The notes: generated from the letters alone by a model not told the origin. 64,000 nucleotides of DNA from Trueperaceae bacterium (GCA_013697735.1 JACCWH010000050.1:62-64061); one strand, 5' to 3'. Numbered from the stretch's first letter, positions 25,848 through 35,221 are shown. A program made the numbers and translations.

Positions 25848-26231
25848 ATGATGAAGATCGTCGCCCGCCGCCGCACCATCGAGATCGAGAACCTTCACCG
25901 CGTCTTCCAGCACGCCACCCACTCCAGCTCCAGCTACTCCTTTTCGTGCCACCCCAACGGGGACGTCGACTTCAACGCGCTCGCCCCGATCGCGGCCCAG
26001 AACGCTCGCGAGCTGCTCGCTGGCCGCGACGCCGACTACCGCGACGTCGGCGTGCGCATCAGCGCCGAGCGCCAGGTCGATCCCGCCATCGGCCAGTGCG
26101 AGTGTGGCCAGCGCACCTCGCTCTGGACCAACGACAACGAGTGCGGCTGTGGCCGCTGGTACAACGCGAGCGGCCAGGAGCTACTCGCCCCCGACGCCCG
26201 CGATCGCGACGCCGAGCGGGCGGGCTACTGA
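25848..26231 (+). CDS. hypothetical Cys-rich protein
   Basis: 127 aa, behind cassette promoter P4. Contains the zinc-ribbon-like sequence GQCECGQ...NECGCGRWYN. Confidence 0.6.
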   Translation: MMKIVARRRTIEIENLHRVFQHATHSSSSYSFSCHPNGDVDFNALAPIAAQNARELLAGRDADYRDVGVRISAERQVDPAIGQCECGQRTSLWTNDNECGCGRWYNASGQELLAPDARDRDAERAGY

Positions 26232-26386
26232 TGCACGCCGCCCAGGCCGAAGCCAAGCGCATCGCGCTCCTCTGCGCCGCCGCCGCCGCCGCCGTCGCCC
26301 TCCGTGAACTGAGCGGCCGACTTCGCGAGATCTCGAACCGCCTCGCCGACCTGGACCGCACGCTCGAACCGCCCCGCGATCACTGA
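26231..26386 (+). CDS. hypothetical small protein (51 aa)
   Basis: ATGA overlap with the upstream gene. Hydrophobic Ala-rich segment followed by a helix. A strong hairpin follows. Confidence 0.45.
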   Translation: MHAAQAEAKRIALLCAAAAAAVALRELSGRLREISNRLADLDRTLEPPRDH

Positions 26387-26401
26387 CACAAGCGCAGCAC
26401 G

Positions 26402-26431
26402 AGAGGCCCCTCGCTCACCCGGGGGGCCTCT
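26402..26431 (+). terminator. hairpin (9-bp stem)
   Basis: AGAGGCCCC ... GGGGCCTCT after the stop at 26386. Marks the end of accessory cluster A. Confidence 0.5.
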
Positions 26432-26441
26432 GCTATCCTCC
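26431..26441 (+). promoter_or_regulatory. extended -10 promoter candidate (TATCCTCC class)
   Basis: TGcTATCCTCC lies immediately after the 26402-26431 hairpin. The flanks CTCTGCTATCCTCC are identical to the copy at 923-937. It is upstream of the fibre-like block. Confidence 0.45.
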
Positions 26442-26514
26442 GCCGCGATAGCGGCCGGGCGACACCACCATCACGGTGATTCCCCCAGGGCTCGGTCAAC
26501 GCAACGGAGGGCCC

Positions 26515-26916
26515 ATGGCCGCAATGTCCGACTTCCTCGAATCCGCGCTCGCCGCGCACATCTTCAAGAACACGGCTTTTGCGACACCCGGCAATAGCCT
26601 TTTCGTGGCCGCGTTCGTCGGCGACAACGGTCTCGAAGCGGGCACGCTCACGAGCGAGGTTGCGGGCGGCGCGTACGCCCGCCAACAGGTCGTCGCCGCC
26701 GGGTGGACGCAGACGGGCGGCGTCGTGGCGAACACCGCCGCCGTCGAGTTCCCCCTCGCCACCGCCTCGTGGGGCACCGTGACGCACGTCGCCATCATGA
26801 GCGCGATCACCGGCGGCAACGTCCTCGTCCACGGCCTGCTCGCCTCCTCTCGCGTGATCGGGAACGGCGACCAGCTCAAGTTCGCAGCGGGCGACTTGAC
26901 TCTCACCTTCCTGTAG
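26515..26916 (+). CDS. conserved phage protein of a family usually encoded beside tail-fibre genes
   Basis: The pattern ...EVAGGAYARQQV...NTAAVEFPLATASWGTVTHVAIMSAITGGNVL...GDQLKFAAGDLTLTF is a recurrent phage family recognised from memory. GGAGG lies 5 nt upstream of ATG 26515. Confidence 0.65.
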   Translation: MAAMSDFLESALAAHIFKNTAFATPGNSLFVAAFVGDNGLEAGTLTSEVAGGAYARQQVVAAGWTQTGGVVANTAAVEFPLATASWGTVTHVAIMSAITGGNVLVHGLLASSRVIGNGDQLKFAAGDLTLTFL

Positions 26917-27297
26917 GTGAACGCGCTCCGCTGGAGCGTCCGCTATTGGCATGGGGACGATCGCTTCTCCACCGTCGATTCGGCCACCAGCCGATGGCGC
27001 GCGCTCCCGGTCGACGGCGTCGTCTGGGTCCACGTTTGGAACGGTGCGTACCGGCACGAACTAAAGGGGATGGACAACTACTGGCTTATGGAGGACGTTC
27101 ACAGCTACGGACTCTATAACGACCCCGAGAGCCTCTCGTGGTACGCCAACCCGGCCGCCCCGCAGGCGTTCGCGTTCGTATGGCCGACCCCCGAGACCGC
27201 CATGCCCCTCGCGAACGCCCGCCCGCCCGCCCGCGTTCATACGCTCATCGGCGTCATGATGCCCGACTCGCTCGCGCGCGCTGAGGGGATCCTCTAA
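26917..27297 (+). CDS. hypothetical protein
   Basis: 126 aa. GTG start immediately after the upstream TAG. Trp-rich. Confidence 0.55.
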   Translation: MNALRWSVRYWHGDDRFSTVDSATSRWRALPVDGVVWVHVWNGAYRHELKGMDNYWLMEDVHSYGLYNDPESLSWYANPAAPQAFAFVWPTPETAMPLANARPPARVHTLIGVMMPDSLARAEGIL

Positions 27298-29363
27298 TGC
27301 CGCGCGTCTACACCCGCGACACTCAAGTCAACATCGGGTCGGGCGGACTCATCTACGACCTGAGCGACACAACCGACGTCAACGCCTCGCTTGCCACCGG
27401 CAACTACAGCAACTCCGCGTACGACGTGAAGTTCTCCTGGCAGATCGAACTGCCGCAAGCCGCCGCGGACATGCCGAGCAACACGGTCTTTCCCGTATCC
27501 GTCGTGATCGGCAGCATCACGTCGACGTCGCTCGCGCGTTTCCGGCTGGAGCACTACAACGGCACGACGTTCACGGCGGCGAGCGCGTACTCCGCGGAGT
27601 TCAGCACGCCCGGGACCAAAACCTTCAACCTCACGCTCGCCGCGACGTGGAACCCCCTCAACTTCAACCGCCTCCGGCTGGTGGTGGAGGCACGCAAGGT
27701 GTCGTCTCACGGCAGCGACAGCCTGTCAATGACCGTGAACGGCGCCAGCGGCTACGTCGATTACGTGACCGACCCCAGCCGCTACATCGCCGCCGCGCTC
27801 ACCGCTACGGCGACCCTCGCCGCCACCGGAACCGTGGTACTGCCACCGCGTGCGAACTTGCAGGCCGCCCTCACGTTCACGGCGGTCGCGAACCGCTACA
27901 TGGTCGAGGAGGTCTACCCCGCGGGCCTCATCCGAGCGACCACGACCCCCGCCCAGTGGACGATCCAATCCCGCACGCTGGTCGCCCTCAACTCGATCAC
28001 CGCGTACAGCGTCCCGTTCGGCCGCAAACGCGCGGCGGGCGGCGTCTACACGGGCGTCCTCGCCATCGGCAAGATCGCGGCCGCGGGCGAGGCCGATTAC
28101 CCGCCGTTCGCGACCATCCAAGTCACGCTGCCCGAGGAGGCGCCCTACACCCTCACCACCGCCCGCCTACCGGGCTGGCCCACGAACGCCGTCCGAGTCG
28201 ATGGCGGCTGTGGCCTCGTGGAGTGGAACGGTGGGCTGTACCTCTCCTACACGTGGTTCGACGCGACCGCCACGCAAGGCGCCCGCTACGGCTTCTCGGT
28301 CGACCGTTTCGACCTCACCACCCTAGCGTGGGCGAACGTCGCGCAACAGGGCGGGCTGGACTCGTGGGCGGACTCTGGCAACACGATCGAATCGAACGCC
28401 GGAAACCGCCGCGGGTACGCCTACCCGGTGATCGCCGACGGAGCGCAGTTCATCCTCGTCGGGTGCGGCGACCGAAACTCCGCGACCTTCAACCCCTCGA
28501 CCACGAAGATCGTCTCCTACCGCTGCTACCGCCTCACGACCGGCCACGCCCTCACGTTCGAGGCGGCGATCGCCGGGAGCAGCATCCTCGCCACGAACAC
28601 CTACGGTGACAACGGTGGATCGACCGTGCCGTGGGCCCCCCGCGCCATGCGCGGCTTCGTCGCGAGCGACGGGCGCCCCGCGTGGATCTTCCTCTCCTCG
28701 GCGTTCTCAAGCGGGTGGGCGATCATTCGGCTCACCACCACACCGAGCCTCGTGCGCGATTACCTCTCCGGCCTCCTCGTGACCGGGTACTTCACGTCCG
28801 ACAACGGCAAGCGGAACGCCGACAACATCGTGCCGTTTCGCACCAGCGCCGGTCGCGTGGGGATCGTCGAGAGCACCGTCAATACCGGCGTAGAGCGCAA
28901 CCTCTTGCGCGTGTACGATTACGTGGCGGGCACCGCGCTGGGTAGTAACTACCAAGTCGGCAACCCAGCGATCCCCGTGGGCGTGCTCGACGGGATCCAC
29001 TTCGCGGATCCGGGACACTCTGACGTCACCGCCGTGCGCGCGCTCTCCCACCCGTGGGTCATGGGGAGCATCGACTACGCGCTCACCGGCGCGCAACCCA
29101 ACCTCGCGAACTTGCCCGCCACCCGCACCGAGTACGTGCGGGCGCTCCGAAGCCCCTTCGTCGACACCCCCTCGCTCACGCTCGCCCCCGCGGGCGCGAG
29201 CGATACGGGCTTCTCGTGGAACGGTGACGACTACATCGTCCGCCCGATCGTCTCGGGACCCTTCTCCGGCCCGTACTTCCTGGAGACGTGGATCACGCGG
29301 CGCGGAACCAAACTCGCCACCCTCTTACCGGCGACACTCACGCCGCTCCGGTCGCCGGGGTAG
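27297..29363 (+). CDS. large structural-like protein (688 aa)
   Basis: TAATG overlap with the upstream gene. Beta-rich, Thr/Ser/Gly/Ala-rich composition typical of fibre or receptor-binding proteins. No motif recognised. Confidence 0.6.
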   Translation: MPRVYTRDTQVNIGSGGLIYDLSDTTDVNASLATGNYSNSAYDVKFSWQIELPQAAADMPSNTVFPVSVVIGSITSTSLARFRLEHYNGTTFTAASAYSAEFSTPGTKTFNLTLAATWNPLNFNRLRLVVEARKVSSHGSDSLSMTVNGASGYVDYVTDPSRYIAAALTATATLAATGTVVLPPRANLQAALTFTAVANRYMVEEVYPAGLIRATTTPAQWTIQSRTLVALNSITAYSVPFGRKRAAGGVYTGVLAIGKIAAAGEADYPPFATIQVTLPEEAPYTLTTARLPGWPTNAVRVDGGCGLVEWNGGLYLSYTWFDATATQGARYGFSVDRFDLTTLAWANVAQQGGLDSWADSGNTIESNAGNRRGYAYPVIADGAQFILVGCGDRNSATFNPSTTKIVSYRCYRLTTGHALTFEAAIAGSSILATNTYGDNGGSTVPWAPRAMRGFVASDGRPAWIFLSSAFSSGWAIIRLTTTPSLVRDYLSGLLVTGYFTSDNGKRNADNIVPFRTSAGRVGIVESTVNTGVERNLLRVYDYVAGTALGSNYQVGNPAIPVGVLDGIHFADPGHSDVTAVRALSHPWVMGSIDYALTGAQPNLANLPATRTEYVRALRSPFVDTPSLTLAPAGASDTGFSWNGDDYIVRPIVSGPFSGPYFLETWITRRGTKLATLLPATLTPLRSPG

Positions 29364-29372
29364 GGGGAAGCG

Positions 29373-31877
29373 ATGGCCTACTCGCGTGACCTCATCATCT
29401 CCGAGGGATCCATCGCGCCGATCACGTCGGCGACCCTCTACGAGCGCAAGCCGACCGGCGTGTACGACCCCATCCTCACGCTCACGATCCCGACCCCCTC
29501 CAACCCGCGCGGGCGATCGTGGGTCGACGCGGTCGACAAGATCGCGCTCATCAGTACCCCCGCCTTCGACTCGACCGAGCTGTACTTCAAGGTGTTCGAT
29601 CGCGCCACCGGCGCCGTGCTGGAGGAAGAGAACACCAGCTACGCCGCCATCAACGGTGACGTAACCGCGATCGACAACACGGCAGCGACCGCGAACGCGA
29701 TCGCCGTCTCGGACAGCTTCTACAACCTCGGCTTTCACTCCGACACGAACCGCTTGCGGGTCGTCGTCACGCGGCGCGTGTTCGGCGGCGGCTGGACCGG
29801 CCGCTATGTCGATACGACCGACACCAACCGCGTTCTGCTAGCGGTCGGCGCGCCGCGCGCAATCAGCGGCGTCGTGCACTGGCCGGTGATCGAACAGCGC
29901 AGCGGTTCTGGGCACCCGCTCATCTACGCGGTCTACAAGTACGCGATCGCCACGAACACGCTCACCCGCACGCAAGTCGGGACCACCTCCAAGCCCGCGA
30001 GCGAGACAGGCTCGCCCGTGGTGATCGCGCTGGAGGTCGGTGCTACCTCGCCGTTCACCGTTCGCGCCCTCACCGGCCGCAGCGGCACCGCCACCGCGGA
30101 GAGCGGCATGTACGCCGAGTTCGACCTCGCCGAAAGCGCGCTCCTCGCCTCCGGCGCCCTCTCCACCACGCGCACGTTCGCTAACACCGTTCACCGCGGC
30201 GGCGTGATCGCTGGCGACCGGCTGTACATCACGGAGCGCGGCGCCACGAACGACAGGCGCGTCCTGTGGCGCGTGGATCACCCCGCCCTCGTGCTGGTCG
30301 ACACGTCGCCCGCCACCGGCCTGGACGTCGACGGCTCACTCGACATGCACTCCCGGTTCGCTCCGCCCGATACGCACTGGTGGGCGCAGCGCCTCAACAT
30401 CTCTTCTTCGAGCACCCTGCACTACAACAGCGACGCGCTCGCCGAGATCCAGTCGACGCTGGTCCTCGACGAACCCGGCGAGGTGTTTGGCTCCGCGCAC
30501 CTGAGCGCCGCCCTCACCATCGCCGCGTCCGCCACGCGAGTCCAGCACGTCAGCGCGGAACTGCAAGCGAGCGCGACCCTCACCGCCACCCCCACCCGCG
30601 TCGTCGCTGCGAGTGCCGACCTGAGCGCGCTCGCCGTAGCGAGCGCCAACGCGCTCGCCGTTCGCTACGCCACCGCCACCCTCACCGCCGAAGCCGACCT
30701 CACCGCCAGCACGGTCGGCATCATCTTCGCGAGCGCCGCCCTGATCGCGGCCACCGACCTCACCGCCAACGCGCTCGCCGTTCGTGGCGCCACCGCCACC
30801 CTCACCGCAGTGGGGACGATGGCCTCACAGGCCACGCGCGTTCGCTCGGGCGCGCTCGCCCTCCAAGCGACCGCCACCCTCACCGCCAACGCGCTCCGAG
30901 TCCGGCACGCGACCCTCGCGCTCGACCCCACCGCCACCCTCACCGCCAACGCGCTCCGAGCGCGACTCGTCGCCGCCGACCTGCAAGCCACCCTCACCCT
31001 CGAAGCAAACAGCGTCGGCGTCTCCCTCGCGAGCGCCGCCCTCGACGCCACCCTCACCCTCACCGCGGTCCCCACCCGCGTCGTCGCGGCCACCCTCACC
31101 CTCACCGCGAGCGCGACCCTCGACGCCACCGCCACGACGATCCGCACCACCAGCGCCACCCTCACCGCAGAGGCAGCGCTTTACGCCCTCCCCGCCAGCC
31201 CCACCGACGCCGCCGACCTGCAAGCCACCCTCACCCTCACCGCGGTCCCCACCCGCGCCCGCACCACCAGCGTCGCCCTCACCACCGAAGCCGAGCTGGC
31301 CGCGTCCCCCACGCGCGTCCGCCCGGCGACCCTCACCCTCGACGCCACCGCCACCCTCTACGCCCTCGCCACCCGCGTGGGGTCCGCGCAACTCGACCTC
31401 CTCGCCGAAGCGATCCTCACCGCCGACGCCACCGTCGGAACCCCCATCCAGAACGCCGAAGCGCACCTGAGCGCCACGGCGCTCCTCGCCACCAACGCCA
31501 GCGTCGTCAAGCGCGGCGGTGCCACCCTAAGCGCCGCCCTCACCCTGCAAGCCACCGCGCTCCGCGCACGTCACGCGCTCGCCCAGCTCGACGCCACCGC
31601 CCAACTACAAGCGACCCCCACCAAGCACGTCCTCGCCAGCGCGGACGTGCAGGCCCTCGCCACCCTCTACGCTCGCGCCAACATCGTGCGTTACGCTCAC
31701 GCCGAGCTGCAGGCCCTCGCCACCCTCACCGCCATCGGTGGCGTCGCCGAGACCTCCCCCCTCGGCCTCATCCTCAACCCCCAAGGCAGGAACACCAACG
31801 CCTCACTTGGCGCGCGTAACGCCGCCCCAGGCCTCGGTGGCCGTACTACCGGCCCCGGCCAGAATGAGACACCATGA
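29373..31877 (+). CDS. repeat-containing fibre-like protein (834 aa; about 21 x 20-aa repeats)
   Basis: The N-terminal ~375 aa are non-repetitive. Residues 377-790 form a strict 20-residue period (L-x-A-T-A-T-L-T-A-x-x-x-R-V-R...), visible as a 60-nt period in the DNA. Confidence 0.7.
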   Translation: MAYSRDLIISEGSIAPITSATLYERKPTGVYDPILTLTIPTPSNPRGRSWVDAVDKIALISTPAFDSTELYFKVFDRATGAVLEEENTSYAAINGDVTAIDNTAATANAIAVSDSFYNLGFHSDTNRLRVVVTRRVFGGGWTGRYVDTTDTNRVLLAVGAPRAISGVVHWPVIEQRSGSGHPLIYAVYKYAIATNTLTRTQVGTTSKPASETGSPVVIALEVGATSPFTVRALTGRSGTATAESGMYAEFDLAESALLASGALSTTRTFANTVHRGGVIAGDRLYITERGATNDRRVLWRVDHPALVLVDTSPATGLDVDGSLDMHSRFAPPDTHWWAQRLNISSSSTLHYNSDALAEIQSTLVLDEPGEVFGSAHLSAALTIAASATRVQHVSAELQASATLTATPTRVVAASADLSALAVASANALAVRYATATLTAEADLTASTVGIIFASAALIAATDLTANALAVRGATATLTAVGTMASQATRVRSGALALQATATLTANALRVRHATLALDPTATLTANALRARLVAADLQATLTLEANSVGVSLASAALDATLTLTAVPTRVVAATLTLTASATLDATATTIRTTSATLTAEAALYALPASPTDAADLQATLTLTAVPTRARTTSVALTTEAELAASPTRVRPATLTLDATATLYALATRVGSAQLDLLAEAILTADATVGTPIQNAEAHLSATALLATNASVVKRGGATLSAALTLQATALRARHALAQLDATAQLQATPTKHVLASADVQALATLYARANIVRYAHAELQALATLTAIGGVAETSPLGLILNPQGRNTNASLGARNAAPGLGGRTTGPGQNETP
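30501..31742 (+). repeat. about 21 tandem 60-nt (20-codon) coding repeats
   Basis: Recurrent ACCGCCACCCTCACCGCCAACGCGCTCCGAG-type units. Examples are 30873 vs 30933 (60 nt apart) and higher-order copies 31051 vs 31231. Confidence 0.85.
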
Positions 31878-32224
31878 TCCTCCACACCTTCTACCTCCAG
31901 CACGACAACGAGCAAGCCTTCGAGCTACTCGAAGGCGGAGCCAACCTCAACCTCGCCCGCTACAACGGCATCACGCGCATCACCATCGACCTCGATCGCG
32001 GCCCCACACTCGACTCCGCGATCACACCCAACCTCATCAAGTGGGGCGACCAAGACCACGACGTCGACGACAAAGTCGTGATCGAGGGAGCGGTGCTCGC
32101 CGAGGTACCCGACCTCCTCCCCGGCCGCTACGGCGCCCGCGTCGTCGTCTACAGCCTCGACCAACCCAAAGGAATCGTCTTCCTCGACTACCTCGACTAC
32201 CGCATCACCATCCACGGCGACTAG
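31874..32224 (+). CDS. hypothetical protein
   Basis: 116 aa. ATGA overlap with the repeat-protein gene. Confidence 0.55.
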   Translation: MILHTFYLQHDNEQAFELLEGGANLNLARYNGITRITIDLDRGPTLDSAITPNLIKWGDQDHDVDDKVVIEGAVLAEVPDLLPGRYGARVVVYSLDQPKGIVFLDYLDYRITIHGD

Positions 32225-32256
32225 CACGCGAGCGCGAGAGGCGGCCGACAGTGAGA

Positions 32257-32517
32257 ATGCGCTTCGTCGCGCGAACGGGAGGCAAAACGCACGAGGTGAG
32301 GGTCAGCATCATTCACGAGGATGGCGACAGAATCCGCCTACGATGTGAGGGGATTCTTCCCTATCCTGGGTACTGGAAGTTTGAGAAGATAGAGCGGGGC
32401 CAGACGGTTCAGCTCATCCAGCCCGACGGAACGACCCTACGGGCACGCTTCACGGGCGGTAGTGGCAGAAGGATGCACGTCGTACTCCTGCCGCTTGAAA
32501 CCGCCCGAGTCGAGTGA
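32257..32517 (+). CDS. hypothetical protein with atypical codon usage
   Basis: 86 aa. Visibly lower GC with many A/T-ending codons (aga, ata, att, ctt, tat, ttt, agt, gta) that are rare elsewhere. GTG 32251 is an alternative start. Confidence 0.5.
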   Translation: MRFVARTGGKTHEVRVSIIHEDGDRIRLRCEGILPYPGYWKFEKIERGQTVQLIQPDGTTLRARFTGGSGRRMHVVLLPLETARVE

Positions 32518-32533
32518 CCCTCGGGAGTGTGCT

Positions 32534-32797
32534 ATGCCTGCTCGATCCGAAAGGAAACCATACGAACCTCGCCGCTACTGCCTCCACCTCGTCGGGTGGA
32601 CGTACCGAGGCTGGTACCAATGCCGCGCGCACGTCTTCGCCACGCACGATCCAGACGTCGTCTATTGCGGCCTCTGCGGCCGATACTCGCCCGTCGCCTG
32701 GACCGAAGCCGTCGACAGACCCCGCCCCATGGCGACGCTGTACGAGCGCGCTTCGGCGCTCGTCAAGTGGGCCGAGCCCAAGGAAAAGATCGCGTGA
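32534..32797 (+). CDS. hypothetical Cys4 protein
   Basis: 87 aa from ATG 32534. Contains four Cys residues (C..C...C..C spacing). Confidence 0.5.
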   Translation: MPARSERKPYEPRRYCLHLVGWTYRGWYQCRAHVFATHDPDVVYCGLCGRYSPVAWTEAVDRPRPMATLYERASALVKWAEPKEKIA

Positions 32798-33231
32798 CCA
32801 GCCCCCCCATCGACCGCACGCTCGGCAGCCTCCATCCAATGTTCCGCAACGCTCTCGAAGCGTGGCTCACCGAAGCGAGAGCACGCGTGGAGCACGTCGA
32901 CTTCCGCGTCACCGAAACGCGACGCACGCTCGAACGCCAAGCGTGGCTCTACGCGCAAAGCCGCGAAGCGCCGTACCTCCGCTCACCGCCCGTCACCTGG
33001 ACCCTCGACTCACGGCACCGCTTCGGCCTCGCCGCGGATCTCGCCATGATCCGCAAGGACACTAAGCGCGCCATCTGGGAAGTGTCGTCCTGGCGATGGC
33101 TCTACCGCACCATCCCCGTAGAGCCGTATGGGCTACGCCACCTCGACCCGATCGAGCTGGTGCACCTCGAATGGCGTTACGCCGACGAAGCGATCGCCGA
33201 AGCCCCCGTCGTCGACCTCGTGCAGACGTGA
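32794..33231 (+). CDS. peptidase M15-type endolysin
   Basis: SRHRFGLAAD is a perfect SxHxxGxAxD motif, with a downstream D....H (DPIELVH). GTGA overlap with the upstream gene. Trimmed from track ORF 32527..33231. Confidence 0.8.
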   Translation: MTSPPIDRTLGSLHPMFRNALEAWLTEARARVEHVDFRVTETRRTLERQAWLYAQSREAPYLRSPPVTWTLDSRHRFGLAADLAMIRKDTKRAIWEVSSWRWLYRTIPVEPYGLRHLDPIELVHLEWRYADEAIAEAPVVDLVQT

Positions 33232-33236
33232 CACAC

Positions 33237-33269
33237 CCCGCCACAGGCCGCCCAGAAGCCCGTGGCGGG
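33237..33269 (+). terminator. hairpin (8-bp stem)
   Basis: CCCGCCAC ... GTGGCGGG after the endolysin stop at 33231. Confidence 0.35.
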
Positions 33270-33371
33270 CCCCAGTCGCCCCAGGCACCCTCCGGTAGGG
33301 GTGAAAGCCGCCCCGCTACGCCCTGAGCGCCTCATGCCACAGTCGGTAACGAATCACCCCAGGAGGTCGCC

Positions 33372-33854
33372 GTGCTCACCGAGTTCTGGAACGACACAGC
33401 CCTACCCGCGCTCCTCAGCGTCCTCAGCGTCGCGCTGACGATCGGCACCGCGTACGCCATCGGCGCCATCCGAGCTTGGGGCGCAGCCCAACAGGCCGCC
33501 TGGCTGCACGCCACCATCGCCAGCGCAGCCGACGCAGTCGAAACCGCCGTCGCCGCCGTCAACCAAACGCTCGTGAACGACCTCCGCGCCGCCAGCGCGG
33601 ACGGCCGCCTCACCCTCGACGAAGCCCAAGTCGCACTCGACCGCGCCATCACCCTCGCCCGCCGACAACTCGGCGCTGCAGGCCTCACCGCCCTCAACCG
33701 AGCGCTCGGCGACAACGTCGATCAGGTACTCACCAGCATGGTCGAAGCCACACTCAACGAAACGAAAGCCGACGACGCGCACGTCAGCGACTTCACGCTC
33801 CGCGAAGAGCAACTCGATCGGCTCGAAGCCGAGATACTGAGGCGCACACCATGA
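33372..33854 (+). CDS. holin-like membrane protein (LL-H-type architecture)
   Basis: AGGAGG lies 5 nt upstream of GTG 33372. An N-terminal transmembrane (TM) helix (ALPALLSVLSVALTIGTAYAIGAI) is followed by a long helical region. It sits next to the endolysin. Confidence 0.5.
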   Translation: MLTEFWNDTALPALLSVLSVALTIGTAYAIGAIRAWGAAQQAAWLHATIASAADAVETAVAAVNQTLVNDLRAASADGRLTLDEAQVALDRAITLARRQLGAAGLTALNRALGDNVDQVLTSMVEATLNETKADDAHVSDFTLREEQLDRLEAEILRRTP

Positions 33855-34129
33855 AAACAGCACTCACGCAACTCCTCCTCACCCTCGCCACGTTCCTACC
33901 CGAAGCATGGCGACCGACCACACGCACCCTCGCCGCCATGGTCAGCGCCGCCAAATGGCACGACGACGACGCCCGCTGGACGGAAGTGATGGTCGTCATA
34001 AACGAAGCGCTCCGAGACATGCAAGCCGCAGGCCAACAGACAGGCAGCGTCACCAAAGCAGCCCGCGTCGCCGCGGACCTCAAGATCGGCCGCGAACTAC
34101 GCCGCCTCGGCCTCGTGGACGTCGTCTGA
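33851..34129 (+). CDS. hypothetical lysis-cassette protein
   Basis: 92 aa. ATGA overlap with the upstream gene. Hydrophobic N-terminus (ALTQLLLTLATFL). Confidence 0.55.
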   Translation: MKTALTQLLLTLATFLPEAWRPTTRTLAAMVSAAKWHDDDARWTEVMVVINEALRDMQAAGQQTGSVTKAARVAADLKIGRELRRLGLVDVV

Positions 34130-34473
34130 TGCGCCACCACCTCGCCCTCGCCCTCGCGTACCTCGCGCTCACAGCCTGCGCGCCCGCGTTCCTCCCCACC
34201 ACCACCCGCACGAACGGTGACGTAGTGATCCTCCTCACCGTCAACGAAGCCGCCTACGACGTCACCCTCACCGTGATCGGCGGCACCATCGACGACGACC
34301 GCTGCGTCGTCAGCGAGGGTGACACCGTCTGCCTCCTCGGCGACCTCCACGCACGATCGCGCCACACCCTCACAGCCACCGGCGCAGCCATCTCCTGCCA
34401 CGCGACCGGCTTCACCCGCCCAACGTTCGATCCACGCGCCGCACGCATCTACACCTGCCGCGCCCAGGGATAA
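34129..34473 (+). CDS. lipoprotein
   Basis: Signal peptide with lipobox (LALAYLALTAC). The ATG overlaps the upstream TGA. Confidence 0.6.
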   Translation: MRHHLALALAYLALTACAPAFLPTTTRTNGDVVILLTVNEAAYDVTLTVIGGTIDDDRCVVSEGDTVCLLGDLHARSRHTLTATGAAISCHATGFTRPTFDPRAARIYTCRAQG

Positions 34474-34651
34474 GCTTCAGCCACCGTTCACGAAGCGCCC
34501 GCGACGAACGATTCCCCACGCCACCCACCCCCCCACATTCGTAGCGTGAGGCCGGGAGGCCACACGTTGCCACCACAACCGCCCGGCGCCCCACGCGCCG
34601 GGTTGGCCCCCCTGCCGACGCTCCCAAGAGAGCGCGGGCAAGGAGGCGCAC

Positions 34652-35221
34652 ATGAACGGCGTTCCGGTGGTGATCGGCATCGTGCTCGCATGGGCCGGAA
34701 TCACATTCCCAGTCGAGAATCCACGCATCACCGGCGCCTTCGGAGCGACGAGCGGCGCCCACTACAACGCCGCCAGACGCCACCAAGGCGTCGACGTCGT
34801 GCCCTACGGCGGCGCCACGGGCAGAGCCGTCCTCGCACCCGCCAACGGCGTCGTGCACAGGGTCTACTACAGCCACACGACCGGCTGGGTCGTCGTGCTC
34901 GCAATCCAAGCGCCCGCCACGTTTTGGGCGACGTCACTCGCAGGACAAGTCCACACCATCGCGCAAGGCGAAACGTTCTTCATCGGCCTCAAGCACCACC
35001 AACGCGTGCTCGTCACCGAAGGACAACGCGTCACGTCGGGCCAAACGATCGCCGCGATCGGCTCCACCGGCTCCACCAGCACCGGAGCGCACGTGCACAT
35101 GGAGTTGCGGATCGGCCCACGCTGGACGGGCGGCTACCGCCTCGACCCCCTCGACTTCTTCCTCGCGTTCATCCCCGAACTACGCCCCCACCTCACCGCA
35201 CGAGGCTGGCGTGGACGCTGA
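34652..35221 (+). CDS. M23 (LytM-type) metallopeptidase with N-terminal membrane anchor
   Basis: HQGVD (HxxxD) and GSTGSTSTGAHVHMEL (HxH) motifs, plus an N-terminal hydrophobic helix (VPVVIGIVLAWAGI). AAGGAGG lies upstream of the ATG. Confidence 0.8.
   Translation: MNGVPVVIGIVLAWAGITFPVENPRITGAFGATSGAHYNAARRHQGVDVVPYGGATGRAVLAPANGVVHRVYYSHTTGWVVVLAIQAPATFWATSLAGQVHTIAQGETFFIGLKHHQRVLVTEGQRVTSGQTIAAIGSTGSTSTGAHVHMELRIGPRWTGGYRLDPLDFFLAFIPELRPHLTARGWRGR

Noticed and set aside
30266-31819. Regular 60-nt periodic repeats that might suggest a CRISPR array, plus alternate-frame ORFs 30266..31819, 30784..31470 and 30825..31466
   Set aside because: There are no unique spacers between repeats, the repeats are degenerate, and they lie in frame within a GC3-rich coding sequence. 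No cas genes are present. They are interpreted as coding tandem repeats.
29373-31877. Possible diversity-generating retroelement target (variable repeat in a fibre-like gene)
   Set aside because: I could find no reverse transcriptase gene and no template/variable repeat pair with adenine-specific differences anywhere in the window.
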